Assembly: GCA_965223345.1 (NCBI GenBank)
Contig: CBDCWG010000012.1
Span: 2,464,001 to 2,528,000 of the forward strand
Source of the DNA: Nitrospinales bacterium
GTDB taxonomy: Bacteria > Nitrospinota > Nitrospinia > Nitrospinales > VA-1
Reading direction: 5' to 3'
Length of the DNA stretch: 64,000 nucleotides
Shown: positions 1 to 9,633 of the stretch, one piece after another
Position numbering within the stretch: the stretch's first letter is position 1
How the letters are laid out: every line of letters starts with the position of its first letter
Program-made: the position numbers and the translations under genes
The notes under the pieces: generated by a model
Told to the model about the DNA's origin: nothing
The model's input: only the letters and a program-made list of their open reading frames with translations
Database searches by the model: none

Positions 1-315
1 TCGCTGGTGGGGTTTTCGCTGGCGCTTTTGTACCTGTTCATCACGCAGCCGAAGCAGGACCTCTTTTCCGTGTGGCGCGGCGAGTGGGGCCGGGCGCTCA
101 TGGCGGGTGTGGCGACGCTGGGCTCGTACGGGCTCATCTGCGTGGTGCTGCAGTTCGAGGCGGTGAGTGCGGTGGTGTCGCTGCGGCAGACGAGCGTGCT
201 GCTGGTGGTCTACTGGGGCTGCTTCAAGCTGGGTGAGCCGTTCGGCAAACAGCGGCTGCTGGCGGGCGGCCTGATGGTGCTGGGAATTGCATTGATCGGG
301 ATGGATGGGGGATGA
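1..315 (+). CDS. EamA/DMT family transporter, C-terminal part (5' end outside window)
   Basis: Hydrophobic helices with VVSLRQTSVLL..LGEPFG..RLLAGGLMVLGIAL, typical of an EamA C-terminus. Confidence 0.8.
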   Translation, partial: SLVGFSLALLYLFITQPKQDLFSVWRGEWGRALMAGVATLGSYGLICVVLQFEAVSAVVSLRQTSVLLVVYWGCFKLGEPFGKQRLLAGGLMVLGIALIGMDGG

Positions 316-327
316 TACAGGAAGTAA

Positions 328-735
328 CTATATAGTTTCAGGATGACGCCATCGATGAATTTTAAAAATCATTTCCCCGTCAAATGTCAAATGGAGGCTT
401 CCGTCATGCTCAAAACGGAATGTCCAGATGTCGTACTTTCTTATGGCTTCAATATCGATCTCTTTAACGGGTTTAAAAATGATTTCTTTGTTCAATATAG
501 GACGTGAGTAGAAATTTGTGAAGTCTACTTTTTGATCTTTGTATAATTCTTTGGCTGTCATCAATGCTGCTTCTTTGTTTTGGCCGATCGTGAAACCATA
601 ACCGGAACCTTCGGTTATGGTTTTGTCTATTGGATAGATATAGGCAAGATAAAATATATAAATAGCGATGAGCGAGCAAAGAGCCGCTACAGAGATTGCA
701 AATGCGATCGCTATTTTTTGTAACACTTTTCTCAT
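328..735 (-). CDS. Hypothetical protein with N-terminal membrane anchor
   Basis: 135-aa ORF in visibly AT-rich DNA with an N-terminal hydrophobic helix. Confidence 0.6.
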   Translation of the reverse strand: MRKVLQKIAIAFAISVAALCSLIAIYIFYLAYIYPIDKTITEGSGYGFTIGQNKEAALMTAKELYKDQKVDFTNFYSRPILNKEIIFKPVKEIDIEAIRKYDIWTFRFEHDGSLHLTFDGEMIFKIHRWRHPETI

Positions 736-758
736 TGAGCTTTTCCTGTGAGGAAAAA

Positions 759-1682
759 TTATTTTCCATCGATCTCAGTCAATCGACACAAACCGTCTTT
801 ACCCAACCTGAAGGAGCCGAAGTCGTTGGCGATGAGCAGGGTGCCGTCCGGGGTCTGCTGCAGGAGCTGCGGCGCGCCGTAGAGCGTGGCGAAGGGGTGG
901 GCGCTCCATTGCTTGCCGTTGTTTTCCAGTTGGAACAGGTAGCCGTAGTTGAAGGTCATGTGAGCCAGACCGGTGACGGCGACATGCCCGGCGGGGGTGT
1001 CGAACAGGCCGAGGACGTTGTCGTTGATCAGGACGGTTGCTTTTTGATCTGCATCGAGGAAGATGAGGTCGCCGCCCCATTCGCCTTTGTCGCTGCCCAG
1101 CAGCCAGCCGTTCTCGACTTTGAGAACGTGCTGCGGGCGGAATTTTTCACCGCGCAGTTCGGGGATGTTCGCGGGCTTCGCATGCGAAACTTTTTTCGGC
1201 CGCGTGCCCTTGAGCTTTCTCAGCTCTTCCTCGAAGCTCTGCAACAGCGCGTCGTTGCCGAGAAAAATCTCCGCCTGTCCGAGTGCGAGCTGCCAGCCGT
1301 TGGCGGTTTTGTTTTTGATCTGCGCGCCGAGAACCTTCTCAGGAGCCGGGCCGTTCAACGCCGCGATTTCTTCCAGCAGGTCCGCGAGCCGTTTCTGATC
1401 CCGTTCCTGCGGTGCGTAGGTGAAGACTCTGGGGATGTCTTTCAGGTTCCCCTTACAGCGCGGCACATCGCGCTTCAGGTTTTCCCGCACCTGCTCCGCC
1501 GTGTACTCCTTTTTGATGAGCTGGCGGAAGTACTTCGGGTTGTTGTGTTCCTGCGGGCAGTCCAGGTTGCGCCTGGCCAGCTCTTCCGAGCAGTAGATCT
1601 CGGACGAGACCTGAGCGTGGGCAGTACCATGAGCCAACACGGATATGACGATGAATGTGCGTGTCCAGTATTTGAGCATCAT
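759..1682 (-). CDS. Hypothetical secreted protein
   Basis: Start trimmed to the ATG at 1682, giving signal peptide MMLKYWTRTFIVISVLAHGTAHA; beta-rich C-terminus (GSDKGEWGG). Confidence 0.65.
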   Translation of the reverse strand: MMLKYWTRTFIVISVLAHGTAHAQVSSEIYCSEELARRNLDCPQEHNNPKYFRQLIKKEYTAEQVRENLKRDVPRCKGNLKDIPRVFTYAPQERDQKRLADLLEEIAALNGPAPEKVLGAQIKNKTANGWQLALGQAEIFLGNDALLQSFEEELRKLKGTRPKKVSHAKPANIPELRGEKFRPQHVLKVENGWLLGSDKGEWGGDLIFLDADQKATVLINDNVLGLFDTPAGHVAVTGLAHMTFNYGYLFQLENNGKQWSAHPFATLYGAPQLLQQTPDGTLLIANDFGSFRLGKDGLCRLTEIDGK

Positions 1683-1914
1683 GGTTCGAGTCGGATAGAC
1701 ATGAATGCCAGTATAGCGCAAGGGAGAGGCTATATTAGTCAATATGTTGAGCAACCTCCGTGCCAAAGAGGGGGTGTTGTAAAAGCGCGGGTTATTTAGT
1801 GATGAGCAGGGCGGGGTGGTTAAAAAAGTGCGTTTTTCGGCGGGTTTTACGGATCCTTTGTGAGAAATCATCAATACTGAAATGAATCCCCGGTAATCCG
1901 GTAAAATGTCTCTT

Positions 1915-2109
1915 ATGAAAGCAATACCTTTTGCGATGCTAGCCATTCTGCTCCTTTCCGGCTGCGCGTCTTCCTATCCCGAGGGGCGGGAACGGTGTGA
2001 ATCGGCGGGGTATCCGCCCGGATCGCGTCATTACGCGGAGTGTGTAGAAAACTCCAAACGGTTCATAAATCTTCCCGAAACCAACGACGACCCGCACAGC
2101 CCCAAGTGA
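1915..2109 (+). CDS. Small lipoprotein
   Basis: Lipobox LLSGC; two further Cys (CESAGY..YAEC). Confidence 0.65.
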   Translation: MKAIPFAMLAILLLSGCASSYPEGRERCESAGYPPGSRHYAECVENSKRFINLPETNDDPHSPK

Positions 2110-2398
2110 GGCCTTCCCGCCTCGATCACTTCATGTGAATCGGGTTGCGGCCATTTTAATGTTTGCGGCTGCGTTTCACTCTGCGTTGACGGCTTTGTAA
2201 CCATTTGCGTAATAAGGCGCTGCGTGGCTGACGCCGGACCGCGGCTTTGCGGCGCGCGCCGCGCGATTTTAATTTTTCCTCTCCGCGCAACCCGTTATAC
2301 TGAATGGGATACCCCGCGTTTGCCAAAGCGTCGGTTTTCTGGAATTCGTTCTCTTATTCCACCCCGGACGGGGTGATTCGATTGGATGGAGGTGACCT

Positions 2399-5236
2399 GT
2401 GTTGCAGTTACGATCTTCACGGCGGTTGATGGGCTGGGTGGTTCTGGCAGTGGTTTTCGTCTTTTCCCGTGCGGAGGCGGTGGGCGACCGGGAAACCAAA
2501 ACCCTCAAACTCGACAACGGTCTGGACGTTCTCCTGATTCACGATCCGGAGGCGCACCGCAGCGCCGCGGCGCTTTCGGTTGGAACCGGGCATCTGTACG
2601 ACCCGGAAGACAAGATGGGGCTCGCGCATTATCTGGAGCACATGCTGTTTCTGGGAACCGAGAAGTATCCCGAGACGGGCAGCTACAAGAAATACCTCAC
2701 CGAGAATTCGGGCGCCAGCAACGCGTATACGGGCGGGGCGATCACCAACTATTTTTTCCAGGTGTCGCACGAAGCCTATGAAGGCGCGCTCGATAGGTTC
2801 AGCGATTTTTTCAAGGCGCCCCTGTTTGACAAGACCTATTCCGAGCGGGAGGTGAACGCCGTCAACAGCGAGCACGACAAGAACAAGCTGCGCGACGGTT
2901 GGCGCGCCAACTTCGTGGTTTCGCAGATCTCCGAGGAAGGACATCCCATCCGCAAATTCGGCACCGGCAACAAGCACACGCTTGCCGGCGACAACCGGCC
3001 GGCGCTGCTGGCGTTTTTCAAGAAATACTACGCCGCCTCCAATATGAAGCTCGCGATGATCTCCTCGCAGCCGCTGGAGTTGCAGGCGCAGCTGGCGAAA
3101 AAGTATTTCGCTGCGATTCCCGACCGCGAGGTGAGCAAACCGAAAATCCCGCCGACGTTCCGCAAGCCGCTGGACGGCAAGTACCGCCTGCTCAAGATCA
3201 AGATGATCAAGGACACGCGTTCGATGGAGCTGGAGTTCCCGACGATCCGCCTGGTCGATCACAAGGAAAGCAAGCCGGCCTCCATCGTCGCTTCGGTGAT
3301 CGGCTACGAGGGCAAGGGGTCCCTGCTGTCCAAGCTGAAGGAGGAGGGGCTGGTCCTGGGATTGAGCGCAGGCGGCGGTTCCAGCCATCCGGATATCAAC
3401 TCGTTCAGCATCAACGTTTCGCTGACGAAAAAAGGCGTCGTGGAGTACGAGCGCATTCTGGAGCTGGTGTTTTCCTACATCGAGATGTTGAAGAAAGAAG
3501 GATTCAAGGAATACACCTTCAAGGAAAGCCAGACGATGGCGCAGATCGACTTCGACTGGAAAGATCCCGACGAGGGCATGGGCTTCGTCGCCGGACGGGC
3601 GGCGCTGATGCAGGATTACAAGATCGAGGATGTGGAGACGCTGCCGTTCCTGTTCAAGAAATACGACCCCGCCGCGTACAAGGCCGTGCTCGACACGCTG
3701 ACGCCGGAAAATATGACGGTGGTGATCAAGACCAACGCGGTGGAGACGGACAAAAAAGCCAAATATTATGACGCGGAATACTCCATTGCCAAGGTCGGGG
3801 GCGCGGCGTTTCAGAAACTCAAATCCCCGGTGCAGGTGGCGGCCATGCACTACCCGGACGAGAACCCGTTCATTCCGCACAACCTGAAGCTGGTGAAGGA
3901 AGAGCCGCACCTGGTGTGGGACGACGATCTGGCGAAGGTCTGGTTTCAGTACGACAGCCGTTTTCAGCAGCCCAAGCTCTACATGCAGTTTCAGATCGAA
4001 ACGCCGCGGGTCTACGACACGCCGAGAAACTCCCGGCTCTCCTCGCTCTACCTGGCCGCCATCAAGGAGGGGTTGAACGAGATGGTGTATCCCATCCAGA
4101 TCGCCGGCCTGTCCTACGGATTGAGCGCGCGCAAAAAAGGCATCGTGCTGACGATCGGCGGCTATTCCGAACGGGTGGGGGATCTGCTGAAACTGGTCAT
4201 CGAGAATCTCAAGACGGTGAAAATCAGTCCGCAGAAGTTCAAGGATCTGAAAGAAGCGATGATCCGCGGACTGAAAAACAGCAAGCTGGCGCAGGCGTAT
4301 TCGCGCGGCGGTTACTACCACCGGCTGATCTGGCTGGAAAAGCAGTACACCGAGGAAGAGGCGCTGGAAGCGCTGATGCCCTTAACGCTGGACGATGTGA
4401 AGGCGTATGCGAAGACGTTGTACGAGCGGGTCTACATCACCGGCATGGCGCACGGCAACGCGACCGATGAAAAGATCGAGGAAAGCATCCGCATCCTGCT
4501 GGACGGAATCCAGAGCAAGCCGCTGCCGGAAAGCGAACGGTTCGAGCAGGTGGTCGAGGTCCTGGAGCCCGGCGAGCGGATCCTGTTTTCCCGGCAGGTG
4601 AAGGACAACAACAACTCCATCGCCTACGGGGTGCAGATCGGCGAGAAAGGTCTGGAGCGGCAGGCGAAGGCGCAGATGATCGCCTCGATTCTGGAAAGCG
4701 ATTTTTACACGCAGATGCGCACCAACCAGCAGCTCGGCTACATCGTCTGGAGTTTCCAGCAGACGCTGGAAGACAGGATGTTTCTGCGCTTCGTCATTCA
4801 GTCCGCCAACCACAGCCCGTTCGAGCTGAACCGCAGGGTCGAAGCCTGGCTCGCCAAGGCGGGGGACCTGCTGGACAAGGTTTCGGATGCGGAATTCGAA
4901 AAGCACCGGGCGAGCATCATCGTCTCCCTGGAGAAAAAGGGCGAGAGCATCGCCGAGGTGATGGGGGATCTGTATTACCTCGCCACCGAGGAGGAAGGGG
5001 ATTTCCTCTATAAACAAAAACTGATCGCGACCGTTAAGAATCTCAAGAAGGAAGAGGTTCTGGCCGCCGGCCGCAAATGGCTGACGGAGAAGCGAACGCC
5101 CCGGCTGGTTGTGCTGATGCGTTCCAACAGCAACGACGAGAAAGTTCCCGAAGGAGTGCTTACGGAAGTGAGTCAGTTCAAAAACCGCAAAACCACCCAC
5201 GCCGGCCGCTCCCGCAACGGGGACCCGGGTTCGTGA
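2399..5236 (+). CDS. M16A zinc metallopeptidase (pitrilysin/insulinase family), secreted
   Basis: Inverted zinc motif HYLEHMLFLG, SNAYT, EVNAVNSEH, RTNQQLGYIV; signal peptide; GGAGG RBS. Confidence 0.93.
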   Translation: MLQLRSSRRLMGWVVLAVVFVFSRAEAVGDRETKTLKLDNGLDVLLIHDPEAHRSAAALSVGTGHLYDPEDKMGLAHYLEHMLFLGTEKYPETGSYKKYLTENSGASNAYTGGAITNYFFQVSHEAYEGALDRFSDFFKAPLFDKTYSEREVNAVNSEHDKNKLRDGWRANFVVSQISEEGHPIRKFGTGNKHTLAGDNRPALLAFFKKYYAASNMKLAMISSQPLELQAQLAKKYFAAIPDREVSKPKIPPTFRKPLDGKYRLLKIKMIKDTRSMELEFPTIRLVDHKESKPASIVASVIGYEGKGSLLSKLKEEGLVLGLSAGGGSSHPDINSFSINVSLTKKGVVEYERILELVFSYIEMLKKEGFKEYTFKESQTMAQIDFDWKDPDEGMGFVAGRAALMQDYKIEDVETLPFLFKKYDPAAYKAVLDTLTPENMTVVIKTNAVETDKKAKYYDAEYSIAKVGGAAFQKLKSPVQVAAMHYPDENPFIPHNLKLVKEEPHLVWDDDLAKVWFQYDSRFQQPKLYMQFQIETPRVYDTPRNSRLSSLYLAAIKEGLNEMVYPIQIAGLSYGLSARKKGIVLTIGGYSERVGDLLKLVIENLKTVKISPQKFKDLKEAMIRGLKNSKLAQAYSRGGYYHRLIWLEKQYTEEEALEALMPLTLDDVKAYAKTLYERVYITGMAHGNATDEKIEESIRILLDGIQSKPLPESERFEQVVEVLEPGERILFSRQVKDNNNSIAYGVQIGEKGLERQAKAQMIASILESDFYTQMRTNQQLGYIVWSFQQTLEDRMFLRFVIQSANHSPFELNRRVEAWLAKAGDLLDKVSDAEFEKHRASIIVSLEKKGESIAEVMGDLYYLATEEEGDFLYKQKLIATVKNLKKEEVLAAGRKWLTEKRTPRLVVLMRSNSNDEKVPEGVLTEVSQFKNRKTTHAGRSRNGDPGS

Positions 5237-6771
5237 AATTCGTGTCCCTGCTCAAGCGGGGGATGAACCTGGTCAAGGTGGGACGCGCGGTGCGCACGCT
5301 CAAAACCGCGGACGACGCGGACAAGCGCACCTGGGCGAAGCAGTATCTCGTCGAAATCCTCGGCAAATCCCGCGGGCTGCCCGCGAAAGTCGGGCAGTTC
5401 ATGACGCTGGGCGAGGACGACGCGGAGCTGCGGGAAACCCTCAACGGCGCGATCCCTCCCATGCCCGTCGATCAGGCGGTATCCATCCTGGAAACCGCGC
5501 TGCAGGCGCCGCTCGATACGCATTTCCAATCCCTCAACGACACGCCCAAAGCGGCGTCCCTGGGGCAGGTGCATTTCGGCAAGCTCAAGGACGGCACGCC
5601 GGTGGCGGTGAAGGTCCAGTATCCGGACATCCGCCAGGCGGTGGAGTCGGAAATGGACCTGCTCGGCTGGATGCCGAAAGTGGGGCCGGTGGCCAAGTGG
5701 GGCTTCTCCATGGAGGGCTACCGCGACGCGTTCTGGGACAATTTCCGCAAGGAACTCGATTACGGCCGCGAGATCCGGCACCAGCAGCAGTACCGCAGAA
5801 TGATTCCGCCGCTGACGGACGTCGTGGTGCCGGAGGTGTTCGAGGCGCTGTGCCGCCCCAACGTGCTGGTGCAGCGGCTGGAAGAGGGGTTCGATCTCGA
5901 CAAGGCCGCCAGCCTGCACCCGCCGCAGAAGCAGACGCTGGGCCGGGTGCTGCTTTCGCATTACCTGCACATGCTGTTCAACCACGGCTTCGTGCACGCC
6001 GACCCGCAGCCGGGCAACTTCGCGTTCCGCCAGACCGGGCGCGACCGCTACGCGCTGATCCTGTACGATTTCGGCTGTGTCCTGGAGATCAACGACACGG
6101 TGCGGCTGGCGCTGCTGCGCACCATCCTAGCGCTGCAATCGCACGAGAACGCCGACCCGGTGGACTGCCTGGCGCTGGCCGGGTTCGACGCGGAAAAGCT
6201 GGAAGACCTGCGGCCGACGCTGCCGGCTCTGTTGCAGGTTTTGTTCGAGCCGTTTCTGTGCGAGGGGCCTTACGACATCAAGGACTGGCGGTTGAGCGAG
6301 CGCTTCGACGCCATCGTGGGCGATCTCAAATGGTGGTTCCGCTCGGCGGCGCCGCCGGAGTTGATCTTCCTCATGCGCACCCTGCACGGGCTCGCCGTCA
6401 TGCTGGAACGGCTCGACGCCAAACTGCCCTGGAAATTCCTGCTGGAAAAGCACTGCGCCGAACAGTTCCCCGCCGCACGGGCCCTCAAGCTGCCGCCGTC
6501 GTCCGCGGCCGCCGTCGGGTTCAACGGCATCGCCCGCTACCTGCAGGTGTACGTGGTCAAGCCGAACGGCAACAAGGTCAAACTCACCATGCCCGCCCGC
6601 GTCGCCGACGACCTGAAAGGCGTCATCGATCCCCCCGTCATGGAATCCATCGAGCGGCAGAACATCGACCTGGACGCCATCCAGAAACGCGCCCGCCAGA
6701 CCGGATTCGTCCCGCAACTGCTGTTCGATCTCAAAGACCCCGAGCGCGAAGTCAAGGTCTGGCTGGAGTGA
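5233..6771 (+). CDS. ABC1/AarF/UbiB family atypical kinase
   Basis: KVGQ, AASLGQVH, VAVKVQYP, ELDY, HADPQPGN, DFG motifs; GTG overlaps the peptidase stop (GTGA). Confidence 0.9.
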   Translation: MKFVSLLKRGMNLVKVGRAVRTLKTADDADKRTWAKQYLVEILGKSRGLPAKVGQFMTLGEDDAELRETLNGAIPPMPVDQAVSILETALQAPLDTHFQSLNDTPKAASLGQVHFGKLKDGTPVAVKVQYPDIRQAVESEMDLLGWMPKVGPVAKWGFSMEGYRDAFWDNFRKELDYGREIRHQQQYRRMIPPLTDVVVPEVFEALCRPNVLVQRLEEGFDLDKAASLHPPQKQTLGRVLLSHYLHMLFNHGFVHADPQPGNFAFRQTGRDRYALILYDFGCVLEINDTVRLALLRTILALQSHENADPVDCLALAGFDAEKLEDLRPTLPALLQVLFEPFLCEGPYDIKDWRLSERFDAIVGDLKWWFRSAAPPELIFLMRTLHGLAVMLERLDAKLPWKFLLEKHCAEQFPAARALKLPPSSAAAVGFNGIARYLQVYVVKPNGNKVKLTMPARVADDLKGVIDPPVMESIERQNIDLDAIQKRARQTGFVPQLLFDLKDPEREVKVWLE

Positions 6772-6899
6772 AACTCCCTCTCCATAATTGAAAAATCCTT
6801 GAAAAATTCCCCCGATATCCGTAAAAAGGGGAAACGTTCGTTCTGAAAACATCCGGTTCCGTGAACCGGCTGACCGATTTGTCGAAGAGGAGAGGTGTC

Positions 6900-7532
6900 A
6901 TGCCCGACCAGTGGATGATCCGCGCGCGCGAATTCAGCAATTGCAATTGTTCGTTCGGCTGCCCATGCCAGTTTCTCGCACCGTCCACGTACGGTTTCTG
7001 CGAAGCCGTGGTCAGCATCATGATCGACGAGGGTTATTTCAACGACACGCGCCTGGACGGGGTCAATTTTGTCATGCTGTGTCATTGGCCCGGCGAGATC
7101 AAGGAAGGCAACGGCAAGCAGCAGGTGATCATCGATGAATCCGCCAGCCCGGAGCAGCGCGAAGCGGTGCGAAAAATTTCATACGGCGAATCCACCGCAC
7201 CGGGTTCGACGCATTTCTTCGTTTTCAACAGCCTGACCTCCGAAGTGATGGACACACTGTACGCGCCGATCGAAATGGACATCGACATAAAAGCCCGGCG
7301 CGGCAGAACGCACATCGAAGGCATGGTCGATTCCAAAGGTTCTCCCCTGGTCAACCCGTTCAACGGCAAGGAAACCCGCCGCGTCATTCACAACCCCGAC
7401 GGTTTCGAGTTCACCGACGCGGAAATCGGGGCGGGGCATTCCAAGGCTTCAGCCGGTATTCAACTGGATCTCGACAACACTTATGGCCATTTCTGCATCC
7501 TGCACATGAACCAGGACGGTGTGATCCGCTGA
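6900..7532 (+). CDS. DUF1326 family protein
   Basis: N-terminal CNCSFGCPC and PSTYGFC; upstream of DUF2182 gene as usual for this pair. Confidence 0.85.
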   Translation: MPDQWMIRAREFSNCNCSFGCPCQFLAPSTYGFCEAVVSIMIDEGYFNDTRLDGVNFVMLCHWPGEIKEGNGKQQVIIDESASPEQREAVRKISYGESTAPGSTHFFVFNSLTSEVMDTLYAPIEMDIDIKARRGRTHIEGMVDSKGSPLVNPFNGKETRRVIHNPDGFEFTDAEIGAGHSKASAGIQLDLDNTYGHFCILHMNQDGVIR

Positions 7533-7557
7533 CAACCGCAGCGGTCCTTTCTTTCCC

Positions 7558-8316
7558 ATGCAGCCTTCCCGCACGTTACCGCGCCACGACCTGTTTGCCA
7601 TCCTGTTTTCCCTCGGCGGTGTGACCGTTCTTGCCTGGCTGTATCTCGCGTCGATGGCGAAAGACATGACCGGCATGCCGTCGATGCCGATGCCGTCCTG
7701 GGATCCCGCTTACTTTTTCATGATGTTTCTGATGTGGGCCGTCATGATGGTTGGCATGATGGTGCCTTCGTTTGCGCCTGCGGTTTTGATCTACGCCGCC
7801 ATCGCCCGCAAAGCGCAGGCTCAGCAAAACCCGGTGGCCCCAACGGGCGTATTCGTGGCCGGGTATCTGGTGATGTGGGTGCTGTTCAGCCTGTTCGCCA
7901 CGTTGGCGCAATGGGGGCTGGACCGGGCGGGATGGCTGTCCCCCATGATGGTGGCAAACAGCACGGCTTTAGGTGGAGGACTGCTGATCGCGGCCGGGAT
8001 CTACCAGTGGCTGCCTCTCAAGGAAGCCTGCCTCAAGCACTGCCGTTCCCCCGTGCATTTCATCTCCGAGCACTGGCGCGCGGGAACCGCCGGGGCGCTG
8101 CGCCTGGGCCTGCATCACGGCACCTACTGCCTGGGCTGCTGCTGGGTGCTGATGGGATTGTTGTTCGTCGGTGGGGTGATGAACCTGTTGTGGATTGCCG
8201 GGATCACGGTGTTCGTCCTGCTGGAAAAGCTGCTGCCTCAGGGGCCTGCAGGGGGCCGCGCCGCGGGCCTCGCGATGATCGCCGCGGGCGTGGCGTTCGC
8301 GGTCTGGGGGGAGTGA
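7558..8316 (+). CDS. DUF2182 putative metal-binding membrane protein
   Basis: MWAVMMVGMMVPS, YQWLPLKEACLKHCRSP, YCLGCCWVLM, GGVMNLLW. Confidence 0.9.
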   Translation: MQPSRTLPRHDLFAILFSLGGVTVLAWLYLASMAKDMTGMPSMPMPSWDPAYFFMMFLMWAVMMVGMMVPSFAPAVLIYAAIARKAQAQQNPVAPTGVFVAGYLVMWVLFSLFATLAQWGLDRAGWLSPMMVANSTALGGGLLIAAGIYQWLPLKEACLKHCRSPVHFISEHWRAGTAGALRLGLHHGTYCLGCCWVLMGLLFVGGVMNLLWIAGITVFVLLEKLLPQGPAGGRAAGLAMIAAGVAFAVWGE

Positions 8317-8838
8317 CTCGCGTATTTACAGATGTTCCTAAAAAAGGATAAAAAAAGAAAAGGGGGGAGACACTCTCTCCTCCCTTTTCCAGCCGTGCAC
8401 AAACTCCCGATGATTCTGGTCGAATCAAAACTCAAGCCGGAGAGCGCGCACCGCCGAAAAAGCGAACCAACAACCAGGACGGTGTGCGCTCGATTCGCCA
8501 CATCATCCGCCACGGCACTGCATAAACCTCCCCATTGGGCTTCGCGTGCAGAATTCAACGCGAAGCACATAGGTCAAGCGATCCTCTTTTGGGTTAATCT
8601 TCACTTCACCTCGCAACCCAACCTCATAAACCTCCAGCTTCAACAAAACGACAACGGTTGCGACTCAAGAGGAAGAACTCATTCCAGCCTGAGATTTCAT
8701 CCAAACCGCAACATCAAAAAACCTCAGGGAGGACCGCTGGAATTCATCCTTCCTCCATTTAAAATATAGTCCCTGAGAGAAAAAAAATCACCTGTTTCGG
8801 AATGGGGAGAAAGTTTTAAAGAATGTTCATGCAGGAGA

Positions 8839-9516
8839 TTAACCGGTGTTGTCCGGTGTGGATGGGGAGCGTTTCAGGGGAAAATAATGCTTCAGGATGA
8901 GATGGGTGGGCAGCATGATCGCAAAAAAAAGCACGAGTGTTCCTACAACAAAATAAAGGTGTGGGGCCATCCAGGTTTGCGGGTCGGGGCCCGGGCCGTA
9001 CACCCAGTTGATATTTTCCTGCGGTCCGGTGATGGAAAACGTCACGATCAGGATGAATGCGGTCAGCAGGGATTGCATTTTCAGTGCCCGGGTGTCGTAG
9101 CCCCAACGAAAAAGCAGGTACACCACCAGAGCCGGCAGCAAGACATGGAACAGCGAGAGGCTGCGGTAATGAAGGGGCTCTGTGGGGTCGAACATGTATT
9201 CGGTGAAATTGAGAAACGGACCGCCGATGAGAATCCGGCCGAAGAAGTCAAAATTCCACGCCAGCTCCATGGGCAGCACGCCCACCGCAATCATGCTGTT
9301 GACCAACGGGCTTTCCCGCCAGAGAGCGACAATCAGCATCAAAAAGGCGATGTCCGAAAGCCATAAAAGATGCTTGGCTCCCAGAACCCAGATATACGCC
9401 GGGAACAGCACGCAGGCGAACAAAGTGGGTCCGACTTTGATCCAGAGGGGGAGGGCAGAGGCTCGAATCGAGCCGGGTGTTGGGGGAGTGGGGCGAGTCG
9501 AGCTGGGATTCGTCAC
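8839..9516 (-). CDS. Conserved integral membrane protein
   Basis: Multiple TM helices (LLWLSDIA, YMFD, LSLFH, ENINWVYG); GTG start at 9516 with GAGGGA RBS. Confidence 0.7.
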   Translation of the reverse strand: MTNPSSTRPTPPTPGSIRASALPLWIKVGPTLFACVLFPAYIWVLGAKHLLWLSDIAFLMLIVALWRESPLVNSMIAVGVLPMELAWNFDFFGRILIGGPFLNFTEYMFDPTEPLHYRSLSLFHVLLPALVVYLLFRWGYDTRALKMQSLLTAFILIVTFSITGPQENINWVYGPGPDPQTWMAPHLYFVVGTLVLFFAIMLPTHLILKHYFPLKRSPSTPDNTG

Positions 9517-9633
9517 AGGAATCCCTCGAAAGAGGTTAAAGAAGGGAAGGGTGTTTCCCTGGAACCCGGTGGCGTTCACTCCCTCCACTACTGCCGGGGG
9601 CGGCTTGTGTCGGGCGACTTGCCCGATTTCTAT

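Noticed and set aside
8332..8769. 145-aa plus-strand ORF in the intergenic region
   Set aside because: No RBS, atypical composition, and it runs through hairpins; more likely non-coding.
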